Shown here: positions 57,678 through 64,000 of the stretch, one piece after another | How positions within the stretch are numbered: position 1 is the stretch's first letter | How the letters are laid out: each line of letters begins with the position of its first letter | Source of the DNA: Mantamonas sphyraenae STR306 | Lineage: Eukaryota; Protista; CRuMs | Direction: 5' to 3' | Assembly (NCBI GenBank): GCA_026936335.1 | Contig: JAPMXV010000057.1 | Span: 186,001 to 250,000 of the forward strand | DNA length: 64,000 bases | Made by a program: the position numbers and the translations under genes | Notes under the pieces: model-generated | What the model saw: the letters and a program-made list of their open reading frames with translations, nothing else | Database searches by the model: none | What the model was told of the DNA's origin: nothing

Positions 57678-60600
57678 ATGTCATCGCGCCGTGGACACAC
57701 TGCAGAACGGTCGCCGAGTGCGGGCAAACGGACGCTGTCCGGTGGCGGTGGGACACGCAATGGGTCGTCACCAGCAACGACGCCGTCGTCGCCGTCGTCG
57801 CCGGTTTGGTCGAGCGGCACGCCGTCCAGACCCGTCACGGCAAGCAGCACGGCCAATCGGTTCACATACGACACCGAAGACGGCGTGGGCGCAGGCTCAA
57901 TCAACGGCGGGGGCTGGGGTGGCATGCGCATGTCGCCCGGGGAGGTGGACCATGCAGCGTTGGGCGAAGTGCGACACAGCTCGCCAGGAAACACAGGATA
58001 CAGCGGCGGACGTGGACGAGTCACCTCGGCGTCACTCGATTCGTTTGATGGCATCAAGCGGGCAGAAAAACATGTGGTGAGTGGACGGCCACGGGAAGAG
58101 AAAGGAGGGGTGAAAACTGCCGTGAGGCACAGCTGACCCACACACACACAAAAACGCACGAACGTCACCCTCGGCGCACACGACGATGACAACGACGGGC
58201 AATGGGCATGCGGGCCACACATGTGTCTACAGACGGCATCGTTGGATCGCATGCAACTGCCGTCGTTGTCGTCGACCCCGGTAAAGGGTCTGCAGGCCAA
58301 CAAGATGCGGCGCAGCCAGAGCGCAGCCAAACGGGAGCGGCTTCACTTTGGCCATGCGGGAGAACACGCACAATTGAGCAAATCGATCTCCATGCACCTG
58401 CTCAACGTGTATCTGAACGAAGAGGGACCCAAGTGCAGGCGGAACGGACGCACGGGGAAAAAGAATCGGGCGGCGTTCCAGCTGACGTTTAGCAAGTTTA
58501 CGAGGGACGTGGACGTGTCCTACCTCATCCGCAAGGCCCACAAAAAGTTGTTTGGGATGGAGCTGGGCACATCGCTGTGGTGGTTCTGCGAGGGAGCCAC
58601 GGGGGCGGTTGTGGAATCGCTGGACCAGCTGGGCGAGAGCATGGACCTGGTGTTGTGCGACAAGGAGTACCGTGTGGATCTCCATCTGCTGCCGGACGAG
58701 GAGCACACGGCGTGGCGCACGTGTGACCGGTGTGGCGAGTCGTTCTCGCTCGTGCACAACTACCAGCGCTGTCTGTACCACCCGGGCACGTTGGTGAACC
58801 GCACGACAGAGAATGGAGACGAGGAGCAGGTGTACGACTGCTGTGGGCGTCCCCACGCAGCGGATTACTCGCAGTGTGCAGAGGAGTTTGGTCACGTGGG
58901 CGACATCAGCGTGCCGGTGGAACACGTGCAGGTGGTGGAGCGCAGGCGTAACGAGTTTTCCGAAAACGAAGTCAAAGGGATGTACGACGAGCGACGCACG
59001 CGTGTGTTGACCCTCAACGTGTATGGCAACGAGAAGCGATCGCACGCACGGGCTCGGAGCAAACACACGGAACGCAACACGCCCGTGGCTCGGCTGATGT
59101 ACCGTTGGGGCTCGGATCTTCCCGAACAGGTGCTGGAGAGTCTGTTGCGCAAGCTGGTGCCCGAAGTAAGCGACCACGAGAGTGTGTACGAGGTGGGGTC
59201 GCCGTGGCGAATTGTGCACGCCGTCACGGGCCAGCTGATCACCAATCAGATGCTACTGGAAGACGACGAAGTGCGCGAGCTGGATGTGGTTGTGACACGG
59301 ACGCCGTTTGACTTTTCCCTTCACCTGCTTGTGGACGAGCTTGCCCTGGCCATGCGCGAGTGTTCCCGCTGCCACCAGCTGTTCTGCACAAAGTACAACG
59401 AAATGTGTGCCATCCACCCGGGCAAGGTGACCAAGTGGGTGGAACGGCGAAAGGGCAAGATTGGACTGGTCGACGTCAGCGTCACGGGCTATGAGTGCTG
59501 CGGCCAGAGCGTGCAAAGCGATCCTTGCGACGTGTCGCAAGGCCACAAGGGTACGGTGGTGCTCCCTCTGGAGTTTTTCGACGAACTGGACGAGGATGAC
59601 GAGGAGAACGCCGATCTCGTGGGGCGGCAGGCATGGACAGAAGGCAAAGGGGACCGCGGCCAAAACAGCCGTGCTTCGTCACGAGGCACGAGCCACGGGG
59701 GCGATATTGTGCGGCGCAAGGAACACGAAGAGCTGATGTATGCCCATCGTATGCTGCAACAGGAGCACGAGAACCTGTGCGAAGAGTACAACCAACTGCG
59801 CAGCGCACACACGGCGCTGGAGGAACAGTTTGAGGAGCTGGACAGCGGACACGCACAGATGCTGGACAGGTACTACACCATGGACAGAGAGTTTGGCAAC
59901 GTGCAAGCGGAGCTGAAGCGTGCCTTGGCCACAAACACTCGGCTACAGAGTGGCGCAGAGTTGCAATCGTTGAAGGAGGTGAACGCGGCCCTGCTGGCGG
60001 AGCTGAACGAGTTGCAATTGCAGCAGGAGAACAGTGGATACAGAGGTGGCGGAGGGACGGACGACACAGACACAGACGCAGACGAGGAGGAGTTGTCGGA
60101 CCAGCTTGCAGAACAGTTGGCGGCCAGATACGAGCTGCAGCAAGAGCTGGACATTCTGCGTCGCAGCCAGGCAGACACGGGCAAGGTGGAGGAGCTACAG
60201 GAGGAGCTGGAGGGACAAAAGGCTTCGAATTTCAATCTTCTGAGTGAACTGGAGCTGTGGAAGCAGAGGTATGAGGAGATGAAGGAGAAGAACGAGGCTG
60301 CGGACGACCGCGTTCGACAGCTGGAAGCACGGGTGCACTCGCTGGAGGAGGTGCGAGAGGAGGACGGTGACACGCGCAAATCGTCGACGGGGATGGTGCA
60401 GGTCATGTCCTTCGGTGGGGATGTGGTCGAGGAGGCCGAGGAAGACGAGACGTACAGCGACGAGGATTTCGAGTTTGATGCTGCGTCTGTTGAAGAAGAG
60501 GAGGAAAGGGGGGAGGAAGAGGAGGAAGAGGAGGAAGAGGAAGAGGACGAGACGTACAGCGATGAGGACTTTGACGACACAGTGGACGACAACAAAGAGG

Positions 60601-61419
60601 CAGAGTGGGATCGGCAGGAAGAAGAGCGAGAAAAGGAGTGGACCGCTGCTGCAGTGAAGATCCAGAGTGGATATCGAGGGCATCAGAGCAGGAGGAAAGT
60701 GAGAAAGATGAAGGAGGAGCGTGCACGTGCTCAGGCCGAGGCCGAGGCTGCTGCTGCGGCTGCTGCTGAGGCTGAACAACGCAAGCAGCAGGAGGCCGCT
60801 GCTGCAGTGAAGATCCAGAGTGGATATCGAGGACATCAGAGCAGAAGGCGCGTGCAGAAGATGAAGGAGGAGCGTGCACGTGCTCAGGCCGAGGCCGAGG
60901 CTGCTGCTGCTGCTGCAGAGGCTGATGCTGCTGCTGAGGCTGATCAACGCAAGCAGCTGGAGGCCGCTGCTGCAGTGAAGATCCAGAGTGGATATCGAGG
61001 GCATCAGAGCAGGAGAGTGAGAAAGATGATGCTGCTGCGAGGCCGAGGCTGCTGCTGAGTCTGCTGCAGAGGCTGAGGCTGAACAACGCAAGCAGCAGGA
61101 GGCCGCTGCTGCAGTGAAGATCCAGAGTGGTTATCGAGGGCATCAGAGCAGAAGGCGCGTGCAGAAGATGAAGGAGGAGCGTGCACGTGCTCAGGCCGAG
61201 GCCGAGGCTGCTGCTGAGTCTGCTGCAGAGGCTGAGACTCAACAGCGCAAGCAGCAGGAGGCCGCTGCTGCAGTGAAGATCCAGAGTGGCTATCGAGGCC
61301 ATCAAAGCAGAAAGAGGGTGCAAAAGCTCAAGACGGAGCGGGATTCCGCGGCCGCGGTGCCGAAGGAGGACGAGACCGCTGGGGACGATGAGGATGACTA
61401 CGAGGAAGACTTTGATTGA
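57678..61419 (+). CDS. Protein with two Cys/His zinc-binding-like modules, coiled coil, acidic tract and five IQ calmodulin-binding repeats
   Basis: Exon 57678-58076, intron 58077-58232, then the long ORF. AAVKIQSGYRGHQSR occurs five times. The reading frame breaks in repeat 3 at ~61017-61060. Confidence 0.75.
60640..61330 (+). repeat. Coding tandem repeat, five ~140-170-bp units each containing an IQ motif
   Basis: gctgctgcagtgaagatccagagtgg recurs at ~60645, 60798, 60967, 61105 and 61265. Confidence 0.95.
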
Positions 61420-61455
61420 CATTGCAAAAAGAAAACCACATTCCACTGCTCACTG

Positions 61456-63843
61456 TCACCTCCCTTTGCCCAGGAAGCGGGCGAGGACTTCAAACGCACG
61501 CATGTCGCGCATCTTGGCGAGATTGTCTGGGTGCTTGGCCATCTGGGCAAGGGCGAATCCCAAGCTGGACAGAGCGACCTTGTTTCGCTCTTCCAGACGC
61601 ACCTGTTCGACCAAGGCCTCAACCAGGGCCACATCCTCCATTGCCAAGCTGCTCCCCTGCTGGACAAGATGGCCCAAACATGTGGCTGCGTTGCCCAGCG
61701 TGGTCACAGACACGACGTCTGCCTTGCTCTTAATCACGTCCTTCAGCCATTCCACAAGCGTCTTGTCGCTGCCCACGTCTTCGCCTGCGCCATCGTCGAG
61801 CACACACGAAGCCACAATCTTGACACAGCCATCGAGCGCACGTCTGTACACGGCATCCTGGGCCAGCTGTGTGCGATCGTTGCGCTGTATCACACTGCAT
61901 TGGCCACGCACGCCTGCCAGCAGCTCCGCGCGTTGTGCTGACGAGGCATGCGGACACAAACGCGCGGAAATGGCCAGCGCATTCGTGTGCAGCTCGCCAT
62001 CGCCTTGCCCCTGCACGCCTCCCTCGCCACGCAGAACAAAGTCCAAGCGACCCAACAGGTCGCTGGCCACGAGCACCTGCGTGTCCACCGTGCTGAGGTT
62101 GTGCAACACCGCCACGAGCATCGACAGTACATCCTCATCCTGGTGGATGTTCACCTGCGCCACCATCGCTTCTACATACGCCGGATGCGCCAGTGTGGGC
62201 AGCAACGAGGCGATTGTGCTCATGCGAAACAGCATCAGCGCTGCACTCTTCACCTCCTGCTGCACGGCTGCACACACGCCGGCCCGGGCACTCTCTGTCC
62301 CCAGTACGCGTTTCAACACTCGCACCAGCGTCCCACTCGGTGATCCATCCACGTATGCACACATGGCACCCACATTTGTCACACTCGGACGCTGCATCGC
62401 ACTGCAAAGTGCCCCAACCACGCCTTCCATCTGATCCTCGCTCATACTGCTCTTGGTCGCCTCCGAATCGAGGCAGGCCTTGAGCACAGACACAGCAAGC
62501 AGGTTGCTTTCCGCCAGTTCCACCACAAGTCGAAACAGCAGCACATCCTTCACCAGCGCCGTCTGGTTGCCCTGGTTGTCCACGGCTTCTCGCAGCACAC
62601 GCAGAGCCCCATCGCTGTCCAGTGCCTCCAAATGGTCGCGCGCCACGTCCATTCCCTTCAACAGACGAAATTTGACGCGTTGCGAGTCGTCATCCAGCAG
62701 TGCAGCAATCCCTGCTGCTGCGATTCCCGCCTTTGCCTCATCTCCGCTTGCCACTGCCTGTGCCCACTTTGGCATCAACACACCCAACTCATCGCCCCCT
62801 GTGGCCAACGTCTCTGCTTCAGCTGCTTCCTCCTTCTCCTTTTGATCCAGCGCAGCCTGTGCTTTGCTCAAGCGCTTCAGCACCGCCTTGTTGTCCGCTT
62901 CCAGCTCGTGTGCACGCTCTAGATCCGCCACAGCCTCTGCATAGTTGCCTTCGGCCATGTGTGCGTCCGATCGCCGCACGTACGCCTTGGTGCATGTGTC
63001 GTCCAACCGGATGCAGTCGTCGCAGTCCTTGCGCGCCAACTCCCACTGCTCCGTTTTCAGGTAGCATTGGGCCCGATTGGTGTACACAGCAGCCACATAC
63101 CTTACTTCGCCCAGGGACTCGCTGTATCGTTCGATGGCCTCCTCCAGGTTTCCTTTGCGGAATGCCGCGTTGCCCAGTTCTCGCAGTTCGTTCGCCCGCC
63201 TTTCCCGCTTCTTCCGCGCCTCTGCTCGTGCTCGGATGTCCGCCTCCATTGGGCCAAGCGCCCCTTTGTTTGCCATCTGCCACGCACGTGCCAGGTCGTC
63301 CTCATCTGGTTCTGGCTGTGCGTGTTCCCGAGCATCCCACCGTCTGTGTCAGCATACCCCCCCCCCCCCCCTTGCCTATGCATCATGTGTTGAACCCCAT
63401 CCACTCCATCTGCTCCTACATCCATGCACCGTGGCTCTCTTTCTTCTTCCCTCTCTTTGCGTGGCTGCAACCGTGGCTGCGTGCGAACATCGGGCAAACG
63501 GGCGGAAACGCACCTCGTACTTGTCCCAAAACTCATAGTCGGTAATGCCCTTGGGCGTCTTCTTCACCGGCTTGGGCTTGGGTTTGGCTGCCACAGTGCC
63601 TGTGTCAACGCCTGCGCTGCTGCTGCCACTGCTGCTACTCCCACGGCTGCTGGAAGACGAGGCTGAGCCGTTGATCCGCGTCCCTTCTTCCACAACCACC
63701 ACATCGTCCTCATCGCCTGTTTTAATGGCTTTCATCACTTTGTTCAACTTGTCGTCATCCATGGTTCCCTTCTTGATGTCCTGGATGGCGCCGGAGACCA
63801 TGTCCACCTTGGCCATGAAGGACTCAAAGTCGTCGCTGCTCAT
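61456..63843 (-). CDS. TTC12: TPR + ARM-like protein, TTC12-like (axonemal dynein assembly factor family)
   Basis: MSSDDFESFMAKVDMVSGAIQDI start, intron 63513-63316, three TPRs (ANELRELGNAAFRKG, YTNRAQCYLK, KAYVRRSDA) and an ARM-like C-terminus. Confidence 0.7.
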
Positions 63844-64000
63844 TGCTTGCGCACCTGTCCGTTGCTTTGCCTACATCGTCGCTTCGGCCTCCGGAGACAC
63901 ATATGTCGACGAGGAAGACGACGACGACGATGACGACGACGATGACGATGACGAGCTCACACGCACGTCTCGCTCCTTGCCTGCACGGTTGGGTCGTGGC

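Noticed and set aside
56003-58330. 775-aa - strand ORF
   Set aside because: Antisense to the PDI gene and the next gene's first exon, with no recognisable motifs.
63850-64000. Possible start of a divergent gene (GAC/GAT-rich)
   Set aside because: Too little sequence to define a frame or product.
1-64000. Transposons, tRNA/rRNA, non-standard genetic code
   Set aside because: No transposase or reverse transcriptase motifs, terminal repeats or RNA-gene signatures were seen by eye. TAA, TAG and TGA all end ORFs here (TAA/TGA at conserved termini), and conserved proteins translate normally.

Overview
Very compact, GC-rich, intron-containing eukaryotic genomic DNA, probably from a flagellated protist: GT-AG introns with CTGAC/CTCAC branch points, cilium/centriole-type genes, and intergenic gaps often under 100 bp. 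The lineage cannot be fixed from this window. About 28 protein-coding genes were reconstructed by eye. Recognisable genes include GOT2, NADP-IDH, MVD, RPB12, ARF6-like, BORCS5, USP35/38, ACTMAP, TTC12-like, an ABCA half-transporter, a CAT-type amino-acid permease, LPCAT, PDI and GT61. The main novelty is a cluster of four secretory-pathway genes (5.9-24 kb) sharing a signal peptide / strongly acidic region / strongly cationic C-terminus layout. It comprises two small paralogous prepropeptides ending in G[VI]NxWxxW, a 939-aa protein with a glycine-zipper and ~330 aa of Ala-Arg repeat that is head-to-head with one of the small genes, and a ~708-aa acidic/basic protein. This is a candidate secreted antimicrobial/toxin or extrusome-cargo system (inference). 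Other notable items are an unnamed Cys/His module shared by two distant genes, an F-box/beta-helix/Clu fusion, a TmcB-like PAS protein with a TauE-like tail, and two genes separated by only 6 in-frame nt. Family assignments come from motif recall, not database searches, and splice sites are predictions.
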